This document shows positions 9,980-19,763 of a DNA stretch of 64,000 nt, one piece after another (the first letter of the stretch is position 1; every line of letters begins with the position of its first letter). A program made the translations under genes and the position numbers. The stretch is taken from assembly GCA_963722385.1 (NCBI GenBank), contig CAVRKK010000002.1:544001-608000 (forward strand). Reading direction: 5' to 3'. The stretch comes from an uncultured bacterium. GTDB lineage: Bacteria > Babelota > Babeliae > Babelales > Babelaceae. The notes under the pieces were generated by a model, which worked only from the letters and a program-made list of their open reading frames with translations, made no database searches and was not told the DNA's origin.

Positions 9980-10333
9980 ATGGCGAATCGAACACAATCA
10001 CGAAGCAGGGGAACAACACGGAGCCGCAGCACGAGCGCACGAAGAAGCTCAAATCGTGGTGTGGATGAAGGAATAACAGCATGGCTGGGTGAACTCTTTA
10101 GTGAGGGACCAAGCAAGCGCACGGCAACACGTACGCGGCGTGCTGGCACATCCTCAAAAGCAGCTGGTACATCTTCACGAGCAACCAGTGCAACGAGGTC
10201 GACCCGATCAGCGCGAAAACTTACGCGATCAGAGGCTGGCCGTGCAGGTGGTTTAGCACCTCACCGTTGCCGCGGCAGAGCATGCTCAAAGACGGCTTCG
10301 TCACGTAGCCGTTCGTCAACCAGATATGCATAA
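9980..10333 (+). CDS. Highly basic R/S/T-rich small protein (protamine/histone-like) with a KGG-like motif
   Basis: AAGGAGG RBS; about 24 Arg in 117 aa; LTRSEAGRAGG. Confidence 0.75.
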   Translation: MANRTQSRSRGTTRSRSTSARRSSNRGVDEGITAWLGELFSEGPSKRTATRTRRAGTSSKAAGTSSRATSATRSTRSARKLTRSEAGRAGGLAPHRCRGRACSKTASSRSRSSTRYA

Positions 10334-10710
10334 TTGGTTGATTTAGCCGAGAAAACCGTGGGCATCTTAATAAGCATATTATTGAGATGCCCATAGCATA
10401 CCAACCTCAACAACCACTCAGTCCTATTTTGAGCGGTTTGGCCTCGCAAAGATCTTTAATGAGATTTTATTATTAGAATTTTGGCGATACTACCACTACC
10501 GACAAAATGGATGTCAGCTTTTTTATTGTACATGTTTTTATTGATCTAAATGCCGCAAATGTAATGGTTATCAATTAAGTGTACCAGATTTTTGATGCGC
10601 TCAACAAGCCTTTTAATGCCGGCGGCGATGATTTTGGGATTTTAAGATCCTGGGAAAGCGCTGCCGGGAAAAACAGGAAACAATGTTTTGAGCCAGAAAC
10701 AACCTCAATT

Positions 10711-11709
10711 TTACTTTTTTTGTTTCTTAAGATCACGGTTTATCACTAGGCAATAAGTGCCTGCTCTGTTTTTTTGTAAGCTTTGAAGGCTATTGGTGTT
10801 TTCCAAGAGCTTGAGAAGCGCTGGCAAGCGTCGAATGAATGCGGGAAGGGCAAAATCAATATGTGAAAGGGTTGCTCTTTTGCTCCAACGTATTTCTGCT
10901 TGAATAAGATTGTCAGCCGGTGTAGAAAATGTTCGCTCTGAAAAAAAAGGTGAATTATTTGCTTTGCTATGATAAATGCTTTGTGGATCAATTATTTGGA
11001 GCAAGTCATGAAAAGAGAATAAATGAAAAACTTGTTTAAAGAGGGGCGAAGCAATCAGATGCTGGTTAATAGCTTGAATGGGGCAACAGCAGAGCACAAG
11101 CCGATCAATGCGTAAGGTAGTGTCTTGAGCTTTTAGGGCAGCAGCTGCGGTGTTAATCGCGGTATTGCCGCCGTGACTCAGGGCTATCAGGGTGATTGGT
11201 GTTTTCTTATATCGTTCATCATCACGCAGTAAGCGGAGGTACCGATAAAGGTGCTCGCCAGCTCTTTCTCGTTCTTCGACGCTTAAAGTGCCTGACCAGC
11301 CAAAAAGATAGAAGTTCTCCAAAGGAAACTGATCAGAATCAGCTTTGGTGAGAATGGTAGCCATGCGAGCAAAATGGTAGGTCCATCCTACGTATGATAC
11401 TTGATGGAGCCCAACGGGTGTAATAACCTGACGTGTCAATCCTGGAATAAGTGCCATGAGTGGTACTGGCAAGCGCGTGCCATGAATGAGTATGGTTATA
11501 GGCTTGTCCGGTGCCGGATATTGGTTGTATGCCAGATCCAGGCGCAGTGGTTGCCTTTTTGCTGAACGGCGTCCCCGTCGCTTATGAAGAGGAACGCTAT
11601 CATGATAAACGGGATTATTGGTAATATTCAGAGAATCATCTAAGGGATAGACAACACAAACTGAAGCAATAAGTATAATACGGAATGCGCTTAATAAATT
11701 TTTATCCAC
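10711..11709 (-). CDS. Secreted alpha/beta-hydrolase-fold protein
   Basis: ILIHGT, FGWSG, ALSHGG nucleophile elbow, later Asp and His candidates. Confidence 0.7.
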   Translation of the reverse strand: MDKNLLSAFRIILIASVCVVYPLDDSLNITNNPVYHDSVPLHKRRGRRSAKRQPLRLDLAYNQYPAPDKPITILIHGTRLPVPLMALIPGLTRQVITPVGLHQVSYVGWTYHFARMATILTKADSDQFPLENFYLFGWSGTLSVEERERAGEHLYRYLRLLRDDERYKKTPITLIALSHGGNTAINTAAAALKAQDTTLRIDRLVLCCCPIQAINQHLIASPLFKQVFHLFSFHDLLQIIDPQSIYHSKANNSPFFSERTFSTPADNLIQAEIRWSKRATLSHIDFALPAFIRRLPALLKLLENTNSLQSLQKNRAGTYCLVINRDLKKQKK

Positions 11710-11817
11710 AAGATCAACCCAATTTTTTCCTAATAATTAAAAGTATATTTTGTTTGCAATATTAATCAACCGAAAAAACTACAGGAAGCAATGTTTTAAG
11801 CCGCTCTTCGATAGAGT

Positions 11818-12039
11818 GTGAGGGAGATTTTATGGCCAAGGACCTATGGTGAGTTACGAGACTGCGTATACTATGCTCTTAAAAAAGGGCTAAAAATTTC
11901 TCTAGCCGGGCAACGACATAGCCAGGGAGGACACGCGTTTTATTCAGATGCACTCATCGTTGATATGCGTAAGCTTAATAAGATTATATGTTTAGATTCA
12001 AATAAACTCATTGTAACTGTCCAAGCGGTCGTAACCTAA
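11818..12039 (+). pseudogene. N-terminal fragment of an FAD-binding (PCMH) oxidoreductase
   Basis: ISLAGQRHSQGGH..IVDMRKLNKI..VTVQA then a premature stop. Confidence 0.7.
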
Positions 12040-12113
12040 GACGGCTATCAAGAAAAATTTTTGTCTCGATCAAAAAGTAGCTCTCAAGAAATCGCAGCCT
12101 GCCCAAGCCATCT

Positions 12114-12968
12114 CTACAATTTTTTGATCCAGCTGCATGCCCATTTATGCAAAGCGATCGAGTAAGGTTTTATGTATTTCTTGATCGCATCAGGGCTTTT
12201 CTGAGCACGTTGGTAGTTGGGCCAAGGGTAAAAAAAAGCGACAGGAAACGGTATTGTTATACCAGTGCAAGCAGGAGCCACCTCAAGAAAACAACGGGTA
12301 AAGTGTAAAGGACCGGTCCGTCGTATGATGGCATCTACGTCTTCTTTTGGTCCCCCCGATGCAAGAGTTTCGATGCAGCGCTTGATGATGGGGTGCTGCG
12401 GACTTGCACCTATAAGGCCATTATAAAGCTCAATTTGCGCAGCGTATGCCATACCGGCGAAAAAGTTACAGGCGTATAAGATATCGGTAAATGGCTTAAG
12501 AATTTCAAAGTCGCCATCCAAGTAAACGCCACCGTGTTGATAAAGTATTTCATAGCGAAAAATATCCGATTTTTCACCATAATTAGTTGCGCTGTCAAAT
12601 GCTCTTCTATTGGTCATAAAAAATGAAGCTGCTTCTCGGTCGGTCCATATTTTTACCGCGCAACCGGGGTGCATCTTCTCAAGCTTTTTTTTCAGCATAA
12701 CGTAGCGATCGGGAACCTTGCTGCCGAGCCATATCAAATGAAAGAGCGCAGGAATACGAGGTTGGCCCGCTGTCTCGTAAGGATTGTTCATCCCCGTTTG
12801 GTAAAGTCTCTTAAATACTTGCCAATTTTTGCTTTGCGCAAAGCTGTTCTTAAACAGCCTGCTATGGGCCATGCCCTCAAAAAAACCGATCGGGTATTTT
12901 TGGTTGAGTGTCGGTCCAAGAAGCGTTGTGCTCAAAGCCAATGGTAATGTCAGATAAGCCAATCTCAT
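12114..12968 (-). CDS. GT32/OCH1-like DXD glycosyltransferase with signal peptide
   Basis: IPALFHLIWLG, KSDIFRYEILYQHGGVYLDGD, TGP, HKWACSW. Confidence 0.85.
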   Translation of the reverse strand: MRLAYLTLPLALSTTLLGPTLNQKYPIGFFEGMAHSRLFKNSFAQSKNWQVFKRLYQTGMNNPYETAGQPRIPALFHLIWLGSKVPDRYVMLKKKLEKMHPGCAVKIWTDREAASFFMTNRRAFDSATNYGEKSDIFRYEILYQHGGVYLDGDFEILKPFTDILYACNFFAGMAYAAQIELYNGLIGASPQHPIIKRCIETLASGGPKEDVDAIIRRTGPLHFTRCFLEVAPACTGITIPFPVAFFYPWPNYQRAQKSPDAIKKYIKPYSIALHKWACSWIKKL

Positions 12969-14068
12969 AAAACACCCAAATATTCATCGACTCGTATTTT
13001 ATGCTGTATCCTGCTCAGTGCCATTACAATATTTTGAGCTGCCTTATCAGCTGCTTGGCCGTGCCCGTATAAAAGGCTTGCTTTGCCTGGTATATAAGCC
13101 TGCATGAGGTGGCGATAAGCATCCACTATTTCTTGCTCGTTTATGCGGGTTGGACAGGCAAGCTCTGCCCAAATTGCTTCAATCTCGTTTATTTTTTCGG
13201 TATAAATAACCGGTTTGTCTAAGCAAATAGCATCTTCGAGCAGGTACGGAATGTTGGTCAAGACGTTATGACAGACCATGAGAAGAGCAAGTGTTTCGGG
13301 ATAGGTTTTTGCGTGGCATGTAAATAATCGCTCATGGTGAAAGGGCAGCTCTGTCTCTGGCTGATCAGCCACGACAATACAGAGCGTACGATCAAAAGCA
13401 AGCAGTGCCCTCAAAGCTTGAAAAATAATTGCTCTTTCTGCATCACCCAGGCCTGAAGTGGCTACGAGCAACCATCGTGCGTGCTGGTACATAACGCTCG
13501 TAATAAATTCGGCCAGCGATGGTGCAAGCGCTGTTCTTTCGCTTTCTATTTTTTCGCGCATCATACTCAGTAAATCAGTGAGCATATTGCCGATGCACCA
13601 AACTGCCTCTCGTCGTATACCATGGGCGAGGAGCTGTGCCGCTGCCGCTTGCGTGGCGGTTATATGCCAGCTTGCCATGAGGCGCATAAAGCCACGGTGC
13701 ATTTCGTGGTGCGGCTCAGCGGTTGCTGATGCGAGGTGCGCGATAGGAATATTTTTATAAGAAGCGGCAAGAGCAGCTGCTATTGTTAAGGGGCTATAAC
13801 CCTCCGTTATGATGAGTGATGGCTTATGCGACTCGATAATATTGTTGCATGTGTTCAATATGCTATCAGTCAGCAGCGCTCTTTTGTTGTAAGGTATCTC
13901 GAGCGTTGGGTTTAGCTCTAGTAGCGCCAAAACCTCGTCAACGATCGTATCAGGTATTGTCGGAGTGCTCAGCGTAGCGGTATAGCCCAATTTTTGTAGA
14001 GCATAATACAGCGGTATAAGCCTACAACTTTGGCGATGTGGTGTCATGAGTATCATAATTTCGGCCAT
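12965..14068 (-). CDS. Divergent UDP-N-acetylglucosamine 2-epimerase-like protein
   Basis: AALAASYKNIPIAHL, IGNMLTD, LYGHGQAADKAAQ resemble WecB; several catalytic motifs look degenerate. Confidence 0.65.
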   Translation of the reverse strand: MAEIMILMTPHRQSCRLIPLYYALQKLGYTATLSTPTIPDTIVDEVLALLELNPTLEIPYNKRALLTDSILNTCNNIIESHKPSLIITEGYSPLTIAAALAASYKNIPIAHLASATAEPHHEMHRGFMRLMASWHITATQAAAAQLLAHGIRREAVWCIGNMLTDLLSMMREKIESERTALAPSLAEFITSVMYQHARWLLVATSGLGDAERAIIFQALRALLAFDRTLCIVVADQPETELPFHHERLFTCHAKTYPETLALLMVCHNVLTNIPYLLEDAICLDKPVIYTEKINEIEAIWAELACPTRINEQEIVDAYRHLMQAYIPGKASLLYGHGQAADKAAQNIVMALSRIQHKIRVDEYLGVL

Positions 14069-14164
14069 AATATTCCTTCTTTTGCTTATGAGTATAGTAC
14101 ATCACTGCTGGTCGGCGTAAGCTTTTGTAATTGAATTGCCTGCTTAGCCGGCTATCCTCAACAA

Positions 14165-14538
14165 AGTCAGGCTAAATTGAATCGCCTGCGCGGCTAGCGG
14201 TTAAGGGACATCGTCCCTTAACAATCCCGATGCAATAGGCGAGATGAGTAGCGCATGCGTGTGAGTAGTTATCGTACGCCAAAGCGTACGATAACTTATA
14301 CCATTTATCATGTACGCTGCGCTCCATGATAAAAATCTATTTTCCGTCAGGAAAATTGCGGTTGCCATAATCATGCGCCACGCATGGTTATGGCATTGAA
14401 AAAGCAAAAGACAGAGGACACAGCATGCGCGACTACGCATATTGGTGTGGGTGCAGGGCCGCTGCCCTGCCGCTCGACGCGTAGTCGCGCCAGCCGCGAA
14501 GGCGTCCCAGCCGCCTAGGCGATATTCCGGCTGACTTG
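14165..14538. repeat. Structured intergenic element with imperfect inverted ends and GC-rich hairpins
   Basis: AAGTCAG..ATCGCCT..GCGGCT at the left and its reverse complement at the right; hairpins GTTAAGGGAC/GTCCCTTAAC, GCGCGACTACGC/GCGTAGTCGCGC, GCAGGGC/GCCCTGC. Confidence 0.55.
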
Positions 14539-14570
14539 AGAAAATCTCAAAAAAAAGTATACTAACAGCT

Positions 14571-15065
14571 ATGAAGAAACTTTACGCTCCATGGCGCAGA
14601 TTTTACACCCATATGGGGGAAGAGCGGGAAGGCTCACCAAAACCCTGTGCTTTTTGTGCCCTTGCCGCGCAGAGCGACCGGGATGAAGAAAACTTAATTC
14701 TCAAGCGATTCGAGCATACGTTTATCATGCTTAACTTGTACCCCTATAACGGCGGCCACCTGCTTGTTACCCCTTACCAGCACGCCGCTACCCTGGATGC
14801 ACTTTCCTCGAAAACAAGAATCGAAATGATCGAGGAGTCCAACCAAGCTATGATCATCCTACGCCAGAAGCTTGAGCCGGACGGCTTTAATATGGGCATG
14901 AACCTTGGCACCAAGGCAGCCGGCGGCAGCGTTCCGGACCACATCCATATGCATATCTTGCCGCGCTGGTACGGAGATACAAGTTTTCTGCCAACCCTTG
15001 CCGATACCAAACCGATCTCCGAGGACTTACAGGAGCTCTATCAAAAGTTAAAAAAGCTCTTTTAG
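14571..15065 (+). CDS. HIT-family hydrolase (Ap4A phosphorylase-like)
   Basis: LYAPWR, CAFC, NLYPYNGGHLL, HIHMHILPRW. Confidence 0.92.
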   Translation: MKKLYAPWRRFYTHMGEEREGSPKPCAFCALAAQSDRDEENLILKRFEHTFIMLNLYPYNGGHLLVTPYQHAATLDALSSKTRIEMIEESNQAMIILRQKLEPDGFNMGMNLGTKAAGGSVPDHIHMHILPRWYGDTSFLPTLADTKPISEDLQELYQKLKKLF

Positions 15066-15075
15066 ACGGTGCTGT

Positions 15076-17682
15076 ATGAAATCACATGAAATACGCGAAA
15101 AATTTTTTACGTTCTTTACCCAGCGGGGGCATACCGAGGTTGCCAGCTCATCGCTGATCCCCGCACAGGACCCAACACTCCTGTTTACCAACGCCGGTAT
15201 GAACCAGTTCAAAGACGTTTTCCTCGGCCATGAAAAGCGCTCCTATACACGCGCCGTATCCATTCAAAAGTGTATCCGAGCCGGCGGCAAACACAACGAT
15301 CTCGAAAATGTTGGATTTACCAAACGGCACTTGACCTTCTTTGAAATGATGGGCAACTTCTCTTTTGGTGACTACTTTAAAAAAGAGGCAATCCGCTTTG
15401 CGTGGGACTTTTTAACGCAAGAAATGCAAATCCCCGCAGAAAGCCTCTACGCAAGCGTTTTTATACAGGATGACGAAGCCTATGACCTCTGGCGCACCGA
15501 AATTGGCCTACCACCTCAGCGCATCGTACGCCTTGGCGTAGCGGACAACTTTTGGCAAATGGGTGATACAGGCCCCTGCGGCCCCTGCAGCGAAATATAT
15601 GTCGATCGTGGCCCCGGCTACGGATGCAATGATACCTTGTGTGCACCGGGATGCCATTGTGATCGCTTCTTAGAGGTTTGGAACCTCGTATTCATGCAAT
15701 ACAACCGCCAACCTGACGGTACTGACGTGCCACTCGAGCACAAAGGTGTTGATACCGGCATGGGTCTTGAACGACTATGCGCGCTTATACAAAATAAAGA
15801 CTCCGTGTACGATACCGACCTCTTTGCACCAGTAATCGCCGCCATCGAACGGGAGACTGGCCATGAATACGCTCGCCAAACTGGCATGATACGAGCAGCG
15901 TTTCGCGTGCTAGCCGACCATATCCGCTCAAGCGCATTCGCGATAGCAGACGGCTGCATGCCGTCCAATGAGGGCCGTGGCTACGTACTGCGAAAGATCA
16001 TCCGCCGCGCTGCCCTTTTTGCTCAAAGGCTCAGCGACAAAAATTTCTTCCCGCGACTGGTCAAGCCACTCGTTGATTTCATGGGCCCGATCTACCCTGA
16101 GCTCAGAACCTACCAGGCTACCATCGAAAAAGTTTTGACATCTGAAATAGAAAAATTTGTTCATAACTTAGCCGCAGGCAAGCTAATTTTTGAGAAATTT
16201 TTGCGAGAACCCGAACTGGCTAAAAGCAAAACCATAACCGGAGCTCAAGCATTTAAGCTCTATGATACCTTCGGCTTCCCGCTTGAACTAACCAAAGTCC
16301 TTGCTCATGAGCATGGGCTTACCGTTGATGTTAAGGGATTTGATAGCGAGATGGAAAAGCAGCGTGCACAATCGGGAAAAAAGATAGCGGGCGGCGCCAT
16401 GGCCGTACTACCTGAATCTCTTTCGACCGAATTTGTTGGCTACCACCAGCAAGATATTGAAACGACGATTAGCGCACTCATGCAAGGCAGTATGCTGCTT
16501 GACGTCTTGGCAGCGGGCGAGCAGGGCTGGGTTATCACCGAAAAATCTCCCTTTTTTGTTGAATGCGGCGGCCAAGTAAGCGACAAGGGGACCATTGTCG
16601 TAAAAGGGGTTGCGGTAACGCTCGGCAAGGTGAAGAAAATTGACAACGCGATTGCTTCTGAAATTGAAGCCCCGGTCGATTTACATGTCGGTGACACGGT
16701 GGAGCTTACCGTTGATAAAAATACTCGCGCCAATACGATGAAAAATCATACGGCAACGCACCTTTTACAAGCAGCACTTATTGAACTGCTCGGCAATAAT
16801 GTGCGCCAGTCAGGATCTCTGGTCAATCCAGATTATTTACGCTTTGACTTTACCTATCATGAAAACTTAACGCCGGAGCAAATAAAGCTTGTTGAAGATC
16901 GCGTAAATGCTAAGATCATGGAAAATATCCCTGTCTCAATTTATACGACAGACTATAAGACGGCACTGACACGAGGCGTGATTGCCATTTTTGGGGAAAA
17001 GTATAACCCTGAAAGCGTTCGCGTTATTGATATTCCTGGGTTTTCCAAAGAGCTTTGCGGGGGAACGCATGTAGCGGCTACCGGCGATATCGGATGCTTT
17101 AAAATTACGGAGGTTACCTCTTTATCGGCAGGCAATCGCCGTATTTTTGCTCTTACGGGACCGCGTGCCGTCGAGCTGTTCCAGGAAAGCTATAGCCTGC
17201 TCAAGTCATTGAGCAACGAATTTAAAGTAAAAACTGCACAGGTTCCTGAAGCTCTTAAAAAGCAACAGGAGCAATTAAAAGCCTGTACCACCAAGCTGAA
17301 AGAGCTTAAGAAAAAAGTATGGCAATTGAGCACGCCGACGTGGCTTGCAGGGCTTACCGATATTGATGGCATCCCATTCCTGGCACTAACCTTGAAAGAC
17401 AGCTTCGCTGACGAGCTGCGAGAAATCGCAAGCGAGCTTGCATCGACCCATGAGGGCCTCTTTTTCTTGATGTCCCCAACACCAGAGCGTACGTTTGTCG
17501 TCATAGCTCTTTCGCCCTCATTAGCAGCGCGCCTTGACATGGGTGCAGCTCTTGCCTGGTTAAAGTCACACGGTATAAGTGGTGGCGGCAGCAAAACGAT
17601 GCTGCAGGGCAGTGCTGCTTATCTTGATAATAAGCTTGTAGAAGACTTTAAAACCTGGGTGCGCCAGGAGAAGAAGTCATGA
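15076..17682 (+). CDS. alaS: Alanine--tRNA ligase
   Basis: LLFTNAGMNQFK, HLTFFEMMGNFSFGDYFK, NHTATHLL, ELCGGTHV. Confidence 0.98.
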   Translation: MKSHEIREKFFTFFTQRGHTEVASSSLIPAQDPTLLFTNAGMNQFKDVFLGHEKRSYTRAVSIQKCIRAGGKHNDLENVGFTKRHLTFFEMMGNFSFGDYFKKEAIRFAWDFLTQEMQIPAESLYASVFIQDDEAYDLWRTEIGLPPQRIVRLGVADNFWQMGDTGPCGPCSEIYVDRGPGYGCNDTLCAPGCHCDRFLEVWNLVFMQYNRQPDGTDVPLEHKGVDTGMGLERLCALIQNKDSVYDTDLFAPVIAAIERETGHEYARQTGMIRAAFRVLADHIRSSAFAIADGCMPSNEGRGYVLRKIIRRAALFAQRLSDKNFFPRLVKPLVDFMGPIYPELRTYQATIEKVLTSEIEKFVHNLAAGKLIFEKFLREPELAKSKTITGAQAFKLYDTFGFPLELTKVLAHEHGLTVDVKGFDSEMEKQRAQSGKKIAGGAMAVLPESLSTEFVGYHQQDIETTISALMQGSMLLDVLAAGEQGWVITEKSPFFVECGGQVSDKGTIVVKGVAVTLGKVKKIDNAIASEIEAPVDLHVGDTVELTVDKNTRANTMKNHTATHLLQAALIELLGNNVRQSGSLVNPDYLRFDFTYHENLTPEQIKLVEDRVNAKIMENIPVSIYTTDYKTALTRGVIAIFGEKYNPESVRVIDIPGFSKELCGGTHVAATGDIGCFKITEVTSLSAGNRRIFALTGPRAVELFQESYSLLKSLSNEFKVKTAQVPEALKKQQEQLKACTTKLKELKKKVWQLSTPTWLAGLTDIDGIPFLALTLKDSFADELREIASELASTHEGLFFLMSPTPERTFVVIALSPSLAARLDMGAALAWLKSHGISGGGSKTMLQGSAAYLDNKLVEDFKTWVRQEKKS

Positions 17683-18626
17683 TTCCTTTACGCGTTAGCA
17701 ACTTAACCAAAGTATTTACGACCGGTTCATGGCTCTTTGGCAAAAGGAGCACGATCCCTGCCGTGCAAGGCATTTCTTTTGCTATCAACGAAGGCGAGAT
17801 TGTGGGCTTGCTCGGCACCAATGGTGCGGGCAAAACAACAACCATCCAGATGTTGCTCGGCACTCTTTTGCCAACATCTGGACAAATTCATTATTTTGGT
17901 AAAGATTTTGACCGGGAGGGGCCAAGCGCTTTACAACATGTTACGCATGCAAGCGGTTACGATAAATTGCCGCCCAATCTTACGGTAGGCGACAATCTTG
18001 ATATTATTGGCAGACTTTACAGCATGCCTTATGAGGAGCGATCCAAACGTATTAAAGAACTACTGGCCTTCTTTGGGATGGACCAATTTCGGACGCGCCG
18101 TACGGGAGGTTTATCGGCTGGGCAAATGACAAGAATATTACTGGTAAAAGCTTTTTTGCCAAAGCCGCGCTTAGTACTCCTTGATGAACCTACAGCATCT
18201 CTCGACCCTGAGGTAGCCTATGAGGTACGCTCTTTTATTACCGCACAACGTAACACAGAAGGTATTTCGGCACTTTTTACCTCCCACAATATGGCCGAGG
18301 TCACCGAAGTATGCGACCGGGTGCTCATGATGCAACAGGGCCGAATCATTGCTGACGACTCACCCGTTAACCTGGCAGCGTCTATCAAAAAAGCACGGAT
18401 TGCTCTCATAATACAGGGAAGCCTTGAAGAAGCTTGCCGCTATGCACAGGACCATGGATTTTCTTACAAAGTAGAAAATCACGAGATTGAGTTTGAAGTG
18501 GCCGAAGACCGTATTGCTGACGTATTAATGAACCTTGCTCGCGCGGGAATTACGTATACCAACGTATCTATCGACAAGCCAACGCTTGAAGATTACTTTT
18601 TAAGCAAAGCGAAGGAAGCCCTATGA
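17679..18626 (+). CDS. ABC transporter ATP-binding protein
   Basis: GTNGAGKTT, LSAGQ, LLDEPT. Confidence 0.95.
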   Translation: MIPLRVSNLTKVFTTGSWLFGKRSTIPAVQGISFAINEGEIVGLLGTNGAGKTTTIQMLLGTLLPTSGQIHYFGKDFDREGPSALQHVTHASGYDKLPPNLTVGDNLDIIGRLYSMPYEERSKRIKELLAFFGMDQFRTRRTGGLSAGQMTRILLVKAFLPKPRLVLLDEPTASLDPEVAYEVRSFITAQRNTEGISALFTSHNMAEVTEVCDRVLMMQQGRIIADDSPVNLAASIKKARIALIIQGSLEEACRYAQDHGFSYKVENHEIEFEVAEDRIADVLMNLARAGITYTNVSIDKPTLEDYFLSKAKEAL

Positions 18627-19405
18627 TTCAGTGGAGCCACGCATGGGCAATTACCTTGCGTCATCTTCGATTATTAATCCATGATGTTAACATGCAAATA
18701 GCGCTCTTTTTTTGGCCGTTTCTTAATATCGTTGTTTGGGGCTATTTGGGCATTTGGATGCAAAACCAGGACTCCCGCTTGCAGCTCGTGCTTATCGGCT
18801 CAATATTTTTGTGGGAAATTATTAACCGAAGTAGTATCACCATAGCACTTGGGTTTCTTGAAGAATTGTGGGCGCAAAATTTGACCGTACTCTTTGCAAC
18901 ACCGCTCAAGTTGAGCGAGTGGGTACTCGGGATCATTACCTATAGCGCGTTAACTACCATCGCACTCGTACTTTATTGCTTTGCGCTTATCAAGTACTTA
19001 TACGCAATACCAACAGATTTTCTTTTACGGATAAGCTTACTTTTCGGACCGCCTCTTTTCTTGGCAAGCATCGCCTTGGGCTTTCTTGCTTTGCAGGTCG
19101 TGCTCTATCGCGGCAAACGAGCTTCAGAATTCGTTTTTCTCATTGTGTGGATCATGGCCCCGCTCAGTGGCGCTTTTTACCCGCGGGAAGTCCTACCAGC
19201 CTGGGTCCAAGCAGTTGGCAATGTCATACCCATGTCATATATCTTTAGTGCTTTGCGTCGGTACATTCTTGATAATGAAAGCCCTTACGAGAATATCATT
19301 TTTGGTTCTCTCTTAAGCGTCCTCTATGGCGTTATCGCCTTAATACTGCTTTCATACAGTTTTAAGAAGACAAAAATCGCCGGGCTCGCGCGCTTAATGG
19401 ACTGA
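18623..19405 (+). CDS. ABC-2 type permease
   Basis: About six TM segments, SGAFYP..LPAWVQ; overlaps the ATPase gene. Confidence 0.9.
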   Translation: MIQWSHAWAITLRHLRLLIHDVNMQIALFFWPFLNIVVWGYLGIWMQNQDSRLQLVLIGSIFLWEIINRSSITIALGFLEELWAQNLTVLFATPLKLSEWVLGIITYSALTTIALVLYCFALIKYLYAIPTDFLLRISLLFGPPLFLASIALGFLALQVVLYRGKRASEFVFLIVWIMAPLSGAFYPREVLPAWVQAVGNVIPMSYIFSALRRYILDNESPYENIIFGSLLSVLYGVIALILLSYSFKKTKIAGLARLMD

Positions 19406-19425
19406 TTCTTTAGATTAGTTTTAAC

Positions 19426-19472
19426 AAAGAGCCGTCTATTTTCATAAGCTGCGCTAAAAAGAACGGCTCTTT
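19426..19472. repeat. Palindromic unit, copy 1
   Basis: AAAGAGCCGT...ACGGCTCTTT; inverted homolog of 21201-21250. Confidence 0.65.
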
Positions 19473-19763
19473 CCTCTTACACATCTTTATTGATTAAAAA
19501 TAATCCGAGCCATTCGTATTAAATCGCTACCTGCTAGAAGCAAGCCTTTAGCCATATCTAAAATGATCGGGCATGCTATCCGGGTATAATTCTGCGGTTT
19601 TTTAATATTAGTAAAAAATATGATCTTCGCCTCCCCCAAATAGCATATTTTTAAGTGCTTTATCAAGAGCAAGCATATGCGTTTTTCATGAGAATATTAA
19701 AATTATTGACTATTTATTTGATTAAATATTACTATTAGGAATAAGAAGCAATAGAGGATAAAT

